This document shows, in pieces, positions 39,749-50,081 of a stretch of DNA of 64,000 bases (positions are counted from its first letter, which is position 1; each line of letters begins with the position of its first letter). The translations under genes and the position numbers were made by a program. The notes beneath the pieces were generated by a model. That model saw only the letters and a program-made list of their open reading frames with translations, did no database searches and was not told the DNA's origin. Source of the DNA: an uncultured Bacteroidota bacterium. Lineage in GTDB: Bacteria; CLD3; SB21; JBBIRG01. The stretch is from positions 373-64,372 of the forward strand of contig CAZSRX010000021.1 of NCBI GenBank assembly GCA_964609675.1, read 5' to 3'.

Positions 39749-42442
39749 TTAGAAGACAAACTCATAGCGCGCGGTAAATACGCGGTTCACCACGTCTTTC
39801 TTGCCGGTAACCGTTCCGCTCGCATCCCGTTTGGGAATTTCCAGGCCCGCGGTCAGACTCAGGTCCAGAAAAACCGTATGCCGGGTGTAGAAATTAAACC
39901 GCTGTCCGAGATTGAAGTTGGTCAGGGTGACGGGATCCACGCCGGTGAGCTTATACGATGTAAGGCCGGCGCCACCGTAAATGCTGAGCTTAAAATCCTT
40001 CTCACGGATTGGCATATATTCCGCCGAAGCATTGTAGGAGGCGGCCGACGGGGAAGACTTAATCAGAGAGACCGCGCTGGCGGTGTCCTGTGACAGGGAA
40101 TAAACCTTGCCGCTGGTCATGCTGAACGCCACGCTGGTGCGAAGCGGAATTTTCCACTCCGTAGTTAAACCCAGAGCGAAGGTGTTGCTGGAAGAATTGC
40201 CTAACGCGTTGTAACGGTAATTCCGGATGGAATCCACGTAAAGGAGATCATCGGTTTTATCTTTCTTGGAACTGGTGTTGAAACTCAACGAGGCGTTGTG
40301 GCGCAAATCAAACAGGAAGAACGAGTAAGAGGACGAGACCGAATAGATGTTGGTTGTGTTCTTTTCCGGACGCGCGTTGCCGTCCACCTGACGGAAAAAT
40401 TTGGACGCGGTGGTATCGGTGGTAAATCCGTTGTCGCGGTTCAGCGTGGTAAAGCCAAACGTCAGCGTCGGCAGGTCATGCGGCAGAAACACGGCAAACT
40501 GGAAGCCAAGGTTGTCCGTCTTTAGGGTATTCACGTTGCGTTTGGCCAGATTATTTTTGGTTGTCATATACGATACGGAAACATACGCGCGGTTATCCCA
40601 GAAGCGGTACCGGTCGGAAATCTCAAAACTTTGAATGTCGCGGACAATCGAACTGCCGAAGGACTGGAAATATCCGCCGTGGTGACGATAACGGGTATTA
40701 AAATTATTATTGAACATATTGACGGCGCCGCCGAAGGTATAGGCAAACAGGTTATTATCTTTCCACCCGTTGATAGGAATTGGATTAAGATTCGTATTGA
40801 CGGTAATAAAATCCTTGAGCATGTTAATTTTATCCTCGTTCATATCGCCAAAACCGTAATCCGAGAAAACGGAAGCGTCAAGATTGCCGCCCGTGATATC
40901 TTCGTTGGTGATGCCGGCGGCCCCGCTGGCGTCAAAGTGCACGCGCCGGTCGAAAAGATCCATATTGAAATCCGCGCCGAACACCACGTTTTCCTTCGGT
41001 TTGATGCCGCTGAAGGCGATGGACTTGGCCTGGTTGTAGCTCAGGGAACCCTGTGCGTCTTTGGCTTTTACGTAACTGAGGCCAAACTGAAATTCTCTGG
41101 GCCCCACGCTCGCGCGCATGCCGAACAGGTCGCGGCGGAACGTACCGGTAAAGGATTTTTTATAAAGCGCGTTGCCGGGATCGTTCAGCGCGCTTAGAAT
41201 CACCGAGTCCGGGTTCGAGTTAATATACGCCCGATAGAGACTGTCCACCTTACTCTGGATTCGTTCATCGCTCTTGGACAATACTTTCCGGTTCACTTCG
41301 CCGCGAACCAGCTGAAAATTGAATATCCCCAGAAACACGCCGGTGCTGACGCCGCGTACGCGCGTGCCGTAAAGCGTGACAGGGCTGAACACGGGATACG
41401 TGTCGCCGTAATCCAGGAGAAGAATATTATCTAAATTGCCGCTGATTAAATACCGGCTCAGCGCCTGGTTTTTGCGGGGATCATCCTGCGAGTCGAAGTC
41501 GAACGTGCCGGCCACCTTGAACCATTTTTTCTCGTAAGAAAGATCCGCTCCGACGCGCCCATAATCGATTTCTTCGCCGAGGTTTTTCTGCGCTTTATAT
41601 TCCGTACGGAAATTGGCCCGGAACCGGCTATCGTCGAACTGCGGTTTGTAGGCCATCTGAGCGCCTCCGGCCGTCACGCCGCTGAAGCCTTTGCCGGAAA
41701 ATATTTCCTCGCCGCCGGTCTGCACAATGGTGAACGACCATTCGGCCAGCTTGTAGATTTCATTGCTCGCGAGGATGTATTCCACGCGCGCGGTATGGGG
41801 ACCTTCGTTGAGGTCTTTGGTGGTGTACGTCACCAGTTCCGCCGTCACGTCGGATTTACGGGTAACGTCGTTACCGTCCAGACGAACGATGATGTTCTTG
41901 ACGTTTACTTCCGTTTCAGAAAACAACGAAACCGCGAGCATGAAATCCGTTCGGGATACGGTTTGGTCGGGCTCGGGCGAGAGAATCACCGCCTCCACTT
42001 CGCTCTGCATCATAACCGGTTTGGCGCCGGTTACGATGATCGGGTTCATCTCGGCGTTGAATTCCGGATAGGTAATCACATCGCCGGCGTCAGTCTCCGC
42101 GGCAATATAATATTCCACGGTCTGGCCGCGTTCCAGACGGACCCGGTCAATGAGGGCGCCGAATTTGCCGTTAACGCGCTCGGTCATTTCCACCTCAATA
42201 AACGCCGGATCGCCCGGATAGCGGTAAAACACCGAGGCGCGGAGGATGCGGGCCGTGAAGCCGATTTCAATATTCAGCGGCTGTCGTTCCGGCCACTGCG
42301 TTACCGGCGTGTGCATGATATAGCCCGTGGCGGGGTTTATTGCCGCCGCCGGCTCCGGATTACCCGCCGTCAGCCACAGCAGGCCGATGAGACCCGCCCA
42401 TAGCGCTCTCTTTGGAAATATGGTACCGCTAAACCAATTCAT
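39749..42442 (-). CDS. large (897 aa) secreted outer-membrane beta-barrel-type protein, hypothetical
   Basis: Signal peptide MNWFSGTIFPKRALWAGLIGLLWLTAGNPEPAAA. Long beta-rich sequence. C-terminal ...ARYEFVF ends in an aromatic residue, as in OM barrels. Confidence 0.5.
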   Translation of the reverse strand: MNWFSGTIFPKRALWAGLIGLLWLTAGNPEPAAAINPATGYIMHTPVTQWPERQPLNIEIGFTARILRASVFYRYPGDPAFIEVEMTERVNGKFGALIDRVRLERGQTVEYYIAAETDAGDVITYPEFNAEMNPIIVTGAKPVMMQSEVEAVILSPEPDQTVSRTDFMLAVSLFSETEVNVKNIIVRLDGNDVTRKSDVTAELVTYTTKDLNEGPHTARVEYILASNEIYKLAEWSFTIVQTGGEEIFSGKGFSGVTAGGAQMAYKPQFDDSRFRANFRTEYKAQKNLGEEIDYGRVGADLSYEKKWFKVAGTFDFDSQDDPRKNQALSRYLISGNLDNILLLDYGDTYPVFSPVTLYGTRVRGVSTGVFLGIFNFQLVRGEVNRKVLSKSDERIQSKVDSLYRAYINSNPDSVILSALNDPGNALYKKSFTGTFRRDLFGMRASVGPREFQFGLSYVKAKDAQGSLSYNQAKSIAFSGIKPKENVVFGADFNMDLFDRRVHFDASGAAGITNEDITGGNLDASVFSDYGFGDMNEDKINMLKDFITVNTNLNPIPINGWKDNNLFAYTFGGAVNMFNNNFNTRYRHHGGYFQSFGSSIVRDIQSFEISDRYRFWDNRAYVSVSYMTTKNNLAKRNVNTLKTDNLGFQFAVFLPHDLPTLTFGFTTLNRDNGFTTDTTASKFFRQVDGNARPEKNTTNIYSVSSSYSFFLFDLRHNASLSFNTSSKKDKTDDLLYVDSIRNYRYNALGNSSSNTFALGLTTEWKIPLRTSVAFSMTSGKVYSLSQDTASAVSLIKSSPSAASYNASAEYMPIREKDFKLSIYGGAGLTSYKLTGVDPVTLTNFNLGQRFNFYTRHTVFLDLSLTAGLEIPKRDASGTVTGKKDVVNRVFTARYEFVF

Positions 42443-42569
42443 AATAACCTCCTTTTTTACATTTTATATCAAACCTTGCTTATCCAATTAATCTTACTCT
42501 GCTTTCAGAAGTAAACCGGACTTTACCTGACCCTAAAGGAAAAAACAATTTTTAACTTCAACGGCTGTT

Positions 42570-42803
42570 TTATGTCAGGTTGTATTTTTTTCGTATTAAT
42601 GCCTGCACTTCGCCTTCTTCGGGAAAGCGGTCCAGTTTCCGCTTTGAAAAAACCAGCGAGCCGTCCACGGTTATTTCAAACACGCCACCGGAAGATTCTT
42701 TCATCTGAACCTCGGCTCCCAAAGCGCTCTTCAGCTCGTCCGCCAGACCGGCGGCCCGGGGGTAATAGTTTCATATAACGCAGTATTCGATGGAAATTTT
42801 CAT
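42570..42803 (-). CDS. SelW/Rdx-family selenoprotein with in-frame UGA (Sec) at the CxxU motif
   Basis: Manual translation gives MKISIEYCVI-U(TGA at 42771-42773)-NYYPRAAGLADELKSALGAEVQMKESSGGVFEITVDGSLVFSKRKLDRFPEEGEVQALIRKKYNLT*. This matches the Rdx/SelW pattern across the whole length (IEYC, RA..LA.EL, GGVFEV.VDG.L.FSK, RFPE). Not in the ORF track because of the internal TGA. Confidence 0.7.
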
Positions 42804-42991
42804 CAGGTGCCTTTCGCTGTATGCAGTTAACGGATATTGAATACAAGTTAATGAAAAATACCTGTTTATTGCAAATGATTTTTCCAAAAAAGTTTACGAC
42901 GCGGTTATTCCAATCTCGCACACCCGTAATCCCGAGTCGCTTTTCAGCCGTTCCGTGTTAACAAGCTTCTGTAATGGCAGTACCGGCGGTA

Positions 42992-44068
42992 TTATTTTTT
43001 GTTTACGGCCGCTTTTCGAAGTTTATCCAGCTTCTCGCGGGCTTTGAGATGGGCGTAATGGGTTTCCGTGAATATATGCCGGCCTGTGCCGTCGGCGACC
43101 ATATATAAATAACGGACATTTGCCGGATACAACGCCGCGAGGATGGAGGCCTTGCCGGGATTGTTTATCGGCCCCGGCGGAAGCCCCTTATACTTGTAAG
43201 TATTGTATGGACTGTCGATTTCAAGGTCTTTATGATATAACCGGCGTGGTGATTCCTGAAGAATGAACTGGATAGTCGGATCGGCCTGGAGCGGCATTTT
43301 CTTTTTAAGCCGGTTATGATACACCGCGGAAACGAGGTAGCGCTCGTCGTCATCGGCCGTTTCGCCCTCGATGATGGAAGCCAGCGTCACCACCTCCCGT
43401 TTGCTCATCCGCAGCTGGCGCATCCGCGCCGTCAGGTTTTCGTCAAAGACGGCGTCTAATTGTTTGAGCATTGTGGTAATGATTTCGCGTTCGGTCGTTC
43501 CCGGGTCAAAATCATAGGTGTTCGGCATCAGGTATCCGCTCAGGTTCCGGTCATCAATACCGAACGAACGGGCGAGCGCCGTATCTTTTAAAACCGCATA
43601 AAAACTGTCGCGGCTGATTGGCAACTGCTTATGGATAATTTCATACACGGCCGCGGTACGTTTGCCTTCCGGAATGGTAATGCGGATGCTCTGCGGTACG
43701 GCGCTGTATAGGATTTTCAGAACCTGATGATTCGGCGCCTGTGTCGGAAGGAGGTATTTTCCCGCTTTTAGCTGTTTTTCCGCTCCCATATATCGGGCGG
43801 CCCAGATGAAGGTCCGTTTATTCTCGATCACGTTACTTTCCTCAAGTATCAACGCGATGTCGCTCAGCGTGGAACCCTTCGGCACGGTAATGAGTATTTT
43901 TCTGTCCACCGTCAGCGCATCCACGTCGACCATGGGCAGATTGTACAAAACGACATTGTAAAAAAGTACGACGGCTAATCCGCCGGTTATAGCTAAAAAC
44001 AGCAAGAATGAGGCGGCAATTTTTAGCCAGACGCCTGGGCCGGACTTCTTCATATTTTCTTCGATCAA
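42992..44068 (-). CDS. mltG: endolytic murein transglycosylase MltG (YceG family)
   Basis: N-terminal TM anchor, then the YceG-like domain (...NPGKASILAALYPANVRYLYMVADGTGRHIFTETHYAH). Confidence 0.75.
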   Translation of the reverse strand: MIEENMKKSGPGVWLKIAASFLLFLAITGGLAVVLFYNVVLYNLPMVDVDALTVDRKILITVPKGSTLSDIALILEESNVIENKRTFIWAARYMGAEKQLKAGKYLLPTQAPNHQVLKILYSAVPQSIRITIPEGKRTAAVYEIIHKQLPISRDSFYAVLKDTALARSFGIDDRNLSGYLMPNTYDFDPGTTEREIITTMLKQLDAVFDENLTARMRQLRMSKREVVTLASIIEGETADDDERYLVSAVYHNRLKKKMPLQADPTIQFILQESPRRLYHKDLEIDSPYNTYKYKGLPPGPINNPGKASILAALYPANVRYLYMVADGTGRHIFTETHYAHLKAREKLDKLRKAAVNKK

Positions 44069-44577
44069 TAAATGCTGCCTCGGTGGTAACGGTTATCCGT
44101 GATAATTAATTCAATGCCTGCGCTATAAAAAACGCGGTCAGTATATTAAATATTTCCCTTGAAATCAACAGCAACCTTCTTTTCAGCATCGCTTCTTAAA
44201 TAGGCTTTTCATTATTCGTCAAAAAACCATAAGACTTGACCGGACATTATACTTAACCGGCGGAGCCTAAATTCAGGCCTAACCGCCTATCCGCCTGACG
44301 AAGCCGGGCACATCGAAAATTTTTTGCACCTATATCAACAAGAATCCCGCGTTCGCCTTTATATGTGCGGTTAATTTAACCAAAAAACGCTGAGGGTGCC
44401 GGAATGGCGTTTCAAAACGTGCCGGAATGATTATTCGGATTCGTGGCACCAGCGCGTAGGGCCTGGCGTGCGAGAAAAACGGCAAATAATTCACTTATTG
44501 GCCATAGCATTTTGCTCTTGATTCTGATTAAAGGTTTCAGATATTTACCATGCCCTATAACCAAACGGAGAAGTATT

Positions 44578-45069
44578 ATGGATACAATCCAGGCAGGCAT
44601 CGTCATGGGAAGCGAAAGCGACTGGGAGATCATGCGGCATGCGGCGACGGTATTGCGCCAGTTCGGTGTGTCGTTTGAAACCAAGGTGGTATCCGCGCAT
44701 CGTACGCCGGATCTGCTTTTTAAGTATGCGGAAACCGCCAAGGAACGCGGGCTGATGTGTATCATTGCGGGAGCGGGCGGCGCGGCGCATCTGCCGGGCA
44801 TGCTGGCTTCCAAGTCAGTGGTACCCGTACTCGGCGTGCCGGTGCCTTCCAAATACCTCAAAGGTATGGACTCGCTGCTGTCCATCGTACAGATGCCGAA
44901 GGGCGTGCCGGTAGCGACCTTTGCGATCGGCGAGTCCGGAGCGATTAACGCCGCGCTGTTTGCCGTAGCGCTTTTGGCGACCCATGATGCCGCTTTATAT
45001 GCCAAACTGCAGAAATTCCGCAAGGAGCAGGAACAGGCCGTTCTTAAAACGCAACTCAAATCCGAATGA
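44578..45069 (+). CDS. purE: N5-carboxyaminoimidazole ribonucleotide mutase
   Basis: [19 protein letters not shown]...[17 protein letters not shown]...VLGVPV. RBS GGAG 8 nt upstream. Start chosen at 44578, not the ORF-track 44443. Confidence 0.85.
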   Translation: MDTIQAGIVMGSESDWEIMRHAATVLRQFGVSFETKVVSAHRTPDLLFKYAETAKERGLMCIIAGAGGAAHLPGMLASKSVVPVLGVPVPSKYLKGMDSLLSIVQMPKGVPVATFAIGESGAINAALFAVALLATHDAALYAKLQKFRKEQEQAVLKTQLKSE

Positions 45070-46193
45070 TTCTGCCGGGCACATGCATAGGCGTTTTGGG
45101 CGGCGGCCAGCTGGGACGCATGTTTGCGGTCGCGGCCATGACAATGGGCTACGACGTGGCGGTGCTGGATCCCGACCCGTACAGCCCGGCCGGCCGGATC
45201 GCGCGTTATCATCTGCAGAAGCCTTACCGCGATGAAGAGGCCCTGCTGGAACTGAGCCGGCTCTGCCAAGGCGTAACGACCGAGTTTGAAAACGTACCCG
45301 CCGATACGATGGCCTTTCTCGCTTCGCATACGCTTGTCCGGCCGTCGGCTGACGCCGTGGCCGTCGCGCAAGACCGCCGTAAGGAAAAAACGTTTCTTGA
45401 CCGGTTCGGCATCCCTACCAACAAGTTTTATATTGTCAACGCTTCGGAGGATATCATGCCCGGCCTGGACCACACCGGAACGCCGGCCGTACTCAAACGC
45501 GCCCAGCTGGGTTACGACGGCAAGGGCCAGTATATCGTCACAAACGAAAAGGAAGCGCGCGAAGCCTTTCTTGAGATGAACGGCGTGCCGTGCCTTCTCG
45601 AGGAAAAGCTGGATTTCCGTCTTGAAATTTCCGCGCTCATCGTTCGGGGACATGACGGCACGGTAGCGCATTACCCACCGGCCGAAAATATCCACGAAAA
45701 AGGGATTCTCGATATGTCCATTGTACCGGCCCGCATCGGTGCCGACCTGGCAGAAAAGGCCTGCACAATCGGTGAAGCGGTAGCCGCGCACCTGGATTAC
45801 ATCGGCGTTCTGGCGGTGGAAATGTTCGTCATGCCCGACGGACGGATTCTGGTAAATGAAATGGCCCCGCGCCCTCACAACAGCGGCCACTATACGATGG
45901 ACGCCTGCGTCACCAATCAGTTTCAGCAACAAGTGCGCGCGTTGTGCGGCCTTCCTTTAGGCGATGTGACATTGTTGTCCCCCGCCGTTATGGTCAATTT
46001 GCTTGGGGATATCTGGAATCCGGTGCCGCGTTGGGAGGCCATACTGAAATATCCAAATGTTCATTTGCACCTTTACGGTAAAAAAGAACCGCGACCCGGA
46101 AGGAAAATGGGCCATTTTACCTGTGTGGATTCCGATTTGTTCCGTACGATTGAAACGGCCATGGAAATCAAACGATTGTTGCGGGGCCAGTAA
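45066..46193 (+). CDS. purK: N5-carboxyaminoimidazole ribonucleotide synthase
   Basis: [21 protein letters not shown] is the ATP-grasp N-terminus of PurK. ATGA overlap with purE. Confidence 0.85.
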   Translation: MILPGTCIGVLGGGQLGRMFAVAAMTMGYDVAVLDPDPYSPAGRIARYHLQKPYRDEEALLELSRLCQGVTTEFENVPADTMAFLASHTLVRPSADAVAVAQDRRKEKTFLDRFGIPTNKFYIVNASEDIMPGLDHTGTPAVLKRAQLGYDGKGQYIVTNEKEAREAFLEMNGVPCLLEEKLDFRLEISALIVRGHDGTVAHYPPAENIHEKGILDMSIVPARIGADLAEKACTIGEAVAAHLDYIGVLAVEMFVMPDGRILVNEMAPRPHNSGHYTMDACVTNQFQQQVRALCGLPLGDVTLLSPAVMVNLLGDIWNPVPRWEAILKYPNVHLHLYGKKEPRPGRKMGHFTCVDSDLFRTIETAMEIKRLLRGQ

Positions 46194-46231
46194 CGTACCG
46201 GCGTAAAGTGTAAAAACTTCTTACGGATTTT

Positions 46232-47581
46232 TTATCCTTTTCTTCGCTTCTTCCAGAGGCGCTCCAGCCGCTCTTTAAATTTTTTCTCCGTACCCAGTTC
46301 GGTCGGACGGTAGTAGATTTTATGCCGAAGTGGCGGCGGCAGGTAATCCTGCTCGGCAAAATGCTCCTCGCCCTGATCGCTGTAATCATGCGCGTATTTA
46401 TAATTTTTACCGTAATCCATGGTTTTCATCAGTTTGGTCACGGCGTTGCGCAGATGCAGGGGAACGGGATACAACGCTTCTTCGCGCACGTCAGCGGCGG
46501 CTTGTTCGAGCGCCATGTACGACGCATTGCTTTTAGGACAACTGGCAAGGTACGTCGCGCACTGCGCCAGGATGATGCGGGCCTCGGGCATGCCGATAAC
46601 ATCCACGGCCTGGAAAGTCGAAACGGCGAGCGTAAGGGCATACACATCCGCGTTGCCGACGTCTTCCGAAGCGAGAATCACCATACGGCGCGCGATGAAC
46701 TTGGGATCCTCGCCGCCCTCGAGCATGCGGGCCATCCAGTATAAGGCCGCGTCAGGGTCGCTGCCGCGGAGACTTTTGATGAACGCGCTGATGGTATCAT
46801 AATGATATTCTCCGGCCCAGTCATACATAATATTTTTTTGCTGATAGGCCTCTTCAATCACGCTCTTTGTAATATGATAGACGCCGTCGGCATCCGGTTG
46901 AGCCAGATGTACGGCGAGTTCCAATGAATTCAGCAAATTGCGCGCATCGCCGCCGGCATAAAAAATCAGGCTCTCGCGGTCGGCAATGTCAATCTTCAAA
47001 TGGTTCAGCGTTTCATCTTCTTCCAGCGCGTGATCCAGAATCCGGCTCAGGTCATGTTCGGTGAGGGCCTCCAATTTATACACCTTGCACCGCGACAGCA
47101 GCGCGTTGATGACTTCGAAGGACGGATTTTCGGTAGTCGCGCCGATTAATATCATCGTGCCTTCCTCAACGGAATGCAGCAAAGCGTCCTGCTGGGCTTT
47201 GTTGAAACGGTGAATCTCGTCGATAAACAGGAGCAACTGTTCGCCGGTTTGTTTTTTAAGCGCCTGGGCATCCTGAATAACTTTGCGGACTTCCACCACG
47301 CCCGAATCTACGGCGCTGAGCGCCACAAATTTCGAACGGGTTTCTCGTGCAATAATCCGGGCAAGAGTGGTTTTACCCGTACCCGGCGGACCCCAGAATA
47401 TCATGGATACCAGCGGCCCTGATTCGATCTGCACCCGCAGGGATTTACCCTGACCGAGAAGATGCTCCTGCCCGACAAATTCGGCAAGCCGTTTCGGGCG
47501 CACCCGCTCGGCCAGAGGCGCTTTGCCGTCATGAAGTTTAGAAGCCGGCGTTTCCGGACTATTATCATCAAAGAGCGTCAT
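46232..47581 (-). CDS. rarA: replication-associated recombination protein A (AAA+ ATPase, MgsA/RarA)
   Basis: [19 protein letters not shown] (Walker A) and [15 protein letters not shown] (Walker B and sensor). Confidence 0.85.
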   Translation of the reverse strand: MTLFDDNSPETPASKLHDGKAPLAERVRPKRLAEFVGQEHLLGQGKSLRVQIESGPLVSMIFWGPPGTGKTTLARIIARETRSKFVALSAVDSGVVEVRKVIQDAQALKKQTGEQLLLFIDEIHRFNKAQQDALLHSVEEGTMILIGATTENPSFEVINALLSRCKVYKLEALTEHDLSRILDHALEEDETLNHLKIDIADRESLIFYAGGDARNLLNSLELAVHLAQPDADGVYHITKSVIEEAYQQKNIMYDWAGEYHYDTISAFIKSLRGSDPDAALYWMARMLEGGEDPKFIARRMVILASEDVGNADVYALTLAVSTFQAVDVIGMPEARIILAQCATYLASCPKSNASYMALEQAAADVREEALYPVPLHLRNAVTKLMKTMDYGKNYKYAHDYSDQGEEHFAEQDYLPPPLRHKIYYRPTELGTEKKFKERLERLWKKRRKG

Positions 47582-47653
47582 GAGAAATACTGCGCTTAAA
47601 AAAAACCGGGCACCAAACTATTGACAGTTCGGCGCCCGTGGATGGAGATGAAA

Positions 47654-50056
47654 TTAAAGGTTACCGGCTTTCTGGCGTGCCTCAATCCACTTCGCGTATT
47701 CGAGGATGGCGTCGAGTTGGCCTTTGGCATGAATGCCGGCTTCCTCAAGCACCTTAGCGCCGGAACCGCTTCCGAGATAGTGACCTTTCCGGAACGGATG
47801 GAGGGTGCGCCGGACGCCTTCGCCGGAATGAATCCACTTGTATAAAGTCGGCAGGGTGAAATCCGTGATGCCCATCGCATGCCGCTTCAGATCCTCGCCG
47901 AAAATGGTCTGTTGTTCCTCTTCCGGCAGGAGCTCGTACATTTCCGCGCTGGTCACGTAAAATACGTTCATGCGCAATCCCTGCGCGTCGAGTTTTTGAA
48001 GAACTTCATTGACAAATATTGTGGCGACGGCGTTGCCCTGCAGCACCAGCGTGCCGTGATACGGTTTGGCTTTCGGATCCGCCCGACGGAATGCATACAC
48101 GCCTTTTACGGCGGCTGAGGGATCGGGCAGGTGGAGTGCGGCGCGGTCCACAACGATATCTTCCGGTCTGGAGACAAACGGCGCCAGGATTGCCGGACGG
48201 CGCTTCAATGCGGCGACGATGAGCGGCCACACTTCCTGAGCGCACCAGGGCGTCAGCGTAATGATTTTTCCTTTCGGGAAATTTTCCTGCAGCAATTGGA
48301 GCGCCTGCGGATCGGCGTGAGTCGGCCCGTCCTCGCCGGTCTTAGGTCCGGCATGCCCGTTGATCATGATCCACGTCATGAACGGATCGCCGGTCATTTC
48401 CCAGAACGTCTGCTGGGCAATCCCGTGACAGCGGGCGGCGGTGTGTTCCATGGCGGCGATGAACGCCGAATAGGAAGACGAGATGCCGATGTGGTTCCGG
48501 TAACTGGAGAGACCGTACATAAACGCCCCCATCGCGTCTTCACAGATGCCGCCTACCGGCAGAAGACGCGCGCCGGGATTATTCACGGCATTATACCACC
48601 CTTGCGGAAAATCCTTGTTCAGTCCGCTCAAACTGGTGGAGCCGAACAGGTCAGCCGCGGAACCAATCAAAGCGCCGCCGGTTTCTTTGTTAAGATAATT
48701 AAGCACGCCGGCTAACTGCGCGCGGATTGTGATGGATGTTCCGGGTTTAAGCACGAGGGCCTCCGGCGTGGTTGCGGCTGAAATATTATCCGTGTAGATT
48801 TTTTTATAATCCGGCGCGTCGGCCCGTTTTTTTAAATTCCTTTTTTCAAACCGCTGTTTGGCCCGGGCAATTTTTGACGCCGCTTCCGCCGCGATTTCCT
48901 TGCGGCTTTCAATCACCTCGCGGATTACAGTGAGCGTTTCCCAGAAATTCTTTTCGATATTCGCCGGAGTTTTATCTCCGGAAAATTTCGGGAACTGAAC
49001 CTTATAATACGATTCAAAAATATTGATAAATTTGTAGTATTCTTCGGAACAAAATTTATGCCCGGCGCCGTGCGAACCTTTGCCGGTAATTCCATACGTC
49101 CACCCTTTGACGGTACGATACACCACGGCTGTAGGCAGTTTGGCGTCTAACGACAGCGCGAGTTTCTGCGCGGCAAACACCTGTTTGTAATTATGGCCGT
49201 CCGGCACATAGATAACATTCCAGTCGTGCACGTGTAAAAGCTCCGGCGGCGTCCACTGCACATAATCGCCGGGCTTGCCGTTTTCGGCGGTGACGCGGTC
49301 TGAATCGATGGACGACTGATTCCAGTCGACGTGCAGGATGATGTTGTACAACTGCGCGGTGGATGCGGCCGCGAGCGCTTCATGGACGCGGCCCGGCGTC
49401 ATGCCGCCTTCGCCCTCGATAATATGTACCATCGGCGGGTCGTCCGGGAACATATCCAGCGCGCCCAGAGCCATACCGCAGGCCGCCGGTACGCCGATGC
49501 CGCTGGGACCGGTCGCCGTGCGCACAAACGGCACCACGCAGGATGGATGCCCGTCTAACGCTTTGGAATGAAATTGCTTAAACAGCGGCGTATCCTGGGT
49601 CGGGTTGCGGCGGAACCCGAGCAGATCTTCCAGCCGCAGTTGCCGCTTTTCCGGAGCAAGCAGGGAGGGCTCGCCGACACGAATCAGTTCGTTACGCAGC
49701 GCCCACATCGCGTACAATCCCATGGCCTTGTGGCCGGCGGCGTAAACAATCATGTCGTTTTCCGATAAATCCGGCCTGGAAAAATCATAATCCATGTGGT
49801 TGTACAATAAGCCTTCCACGATGCGGCCGGAGGACAAACTACCGCCGGGATGACCGGAATTCGGCACAAAATTGAACAGCACGCCGCAAAGCGTACGATA
49901 AATCACATCCACGGACTCAAAGAAACGGATTTCATCATCGCTTACGGCCGCAGCCGGCTGCCGCACGATTTCCGAAATGTCATAATATACGCCGCGCCGG
50001 GTATTCAGCTGAAATGGCGCCGGCCGGGTCTCAGGAAAATGTATTCGTGATCGCAT
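47654..50056 (-). CDS. tkt: transketolase-family protein (long, 800 aa form)
   Basis: NSGHPGGSLSSG...AAGHKAMGLYAMWAL...FHSKALDGHPS...TGPSGIGVPAACGMALG...GEGGMTPGRVHEALAAA...HVDWNQSSIDS parallels the E. coli TktA TPP-binding motifs. Confidence 0.7.
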   Translation of the reverse strand: MRSRIHFPETRPAPFQLNTRRGVYYDISEIVRQPAAAVSDDEIRFFESVDVIYRTLCGVLFNFVPNSGHPGGSLSSGRIVEGLLYNHMDYDFSRPDLSENDMIVYAAGHKAMGLYAMWALRNELIRVGEPSLLAPEKRQLRLEDLLGFRRNPTQDTPLFKQFHSKALDGHPSCVVPFVRTATGPSGIGVPAACGMALGALDMFPDDPPMVHIIEGEGGMTPGRVHEALAAASTAQLYNIILHVDWNQSSIDSDRVTAENGKPGDYVQWTPPELLHVHDWNVIYVPDGHNYKQVFAAQKLALSLDAKLPTAVVYRTVKGWTYGITGKGSHGAGHKFCSEEYYKFINIFESYYKVQFPKFSGDKTPANIEKNFWETLTVIREVIESRKEIAAEAASKIARAKQRFEKRNLKKRADAPDYKKIYTDNISAATTPEALVLKPGTSITIRAQLAGVLNYLNKETGGALIGSAADLFGSTSLSGLNKDFPQGWYNAVNNPGARLLPVGGICEDAMGAFMYGLSSYRNHIGISSSYSAFIAAMEHTAARCHGIAQQTFWEMTGDPFMTWIMINGHAGPKTGEDGPTHADPQALQLLQENFPKGKIITLTPWCAQEVWPLIVAALKRRPAILAPFVSRPEDIVVDRAALHLPDPSAAVKGVYAFRRADPKAKPYHGTLVLQGNAVATIFVNEVLQKLDAQGLRMNVFYVTSAEMYELLPEEEQQTIFGEDLKRHAMGITDFTLPTLYKWIHSGEGVRRTLHPFRKGHYLGSGSGAKVLEEAGIHAKGQLDAILEYAKWIEARQKAGNL

Positions 50057-50081
50057 GGAATTCTCCCATTGTTTTGCGGTA

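Noticed and set aside
44412-45932. 506-aa minus-strand ORF
   Set aside because: It lies entirely antisense to purE and purK, which have canonical conserved sequences. Its product has biased composition (R/A/G-rich) and no motif. It is a typical GC-driven shadow ORF.
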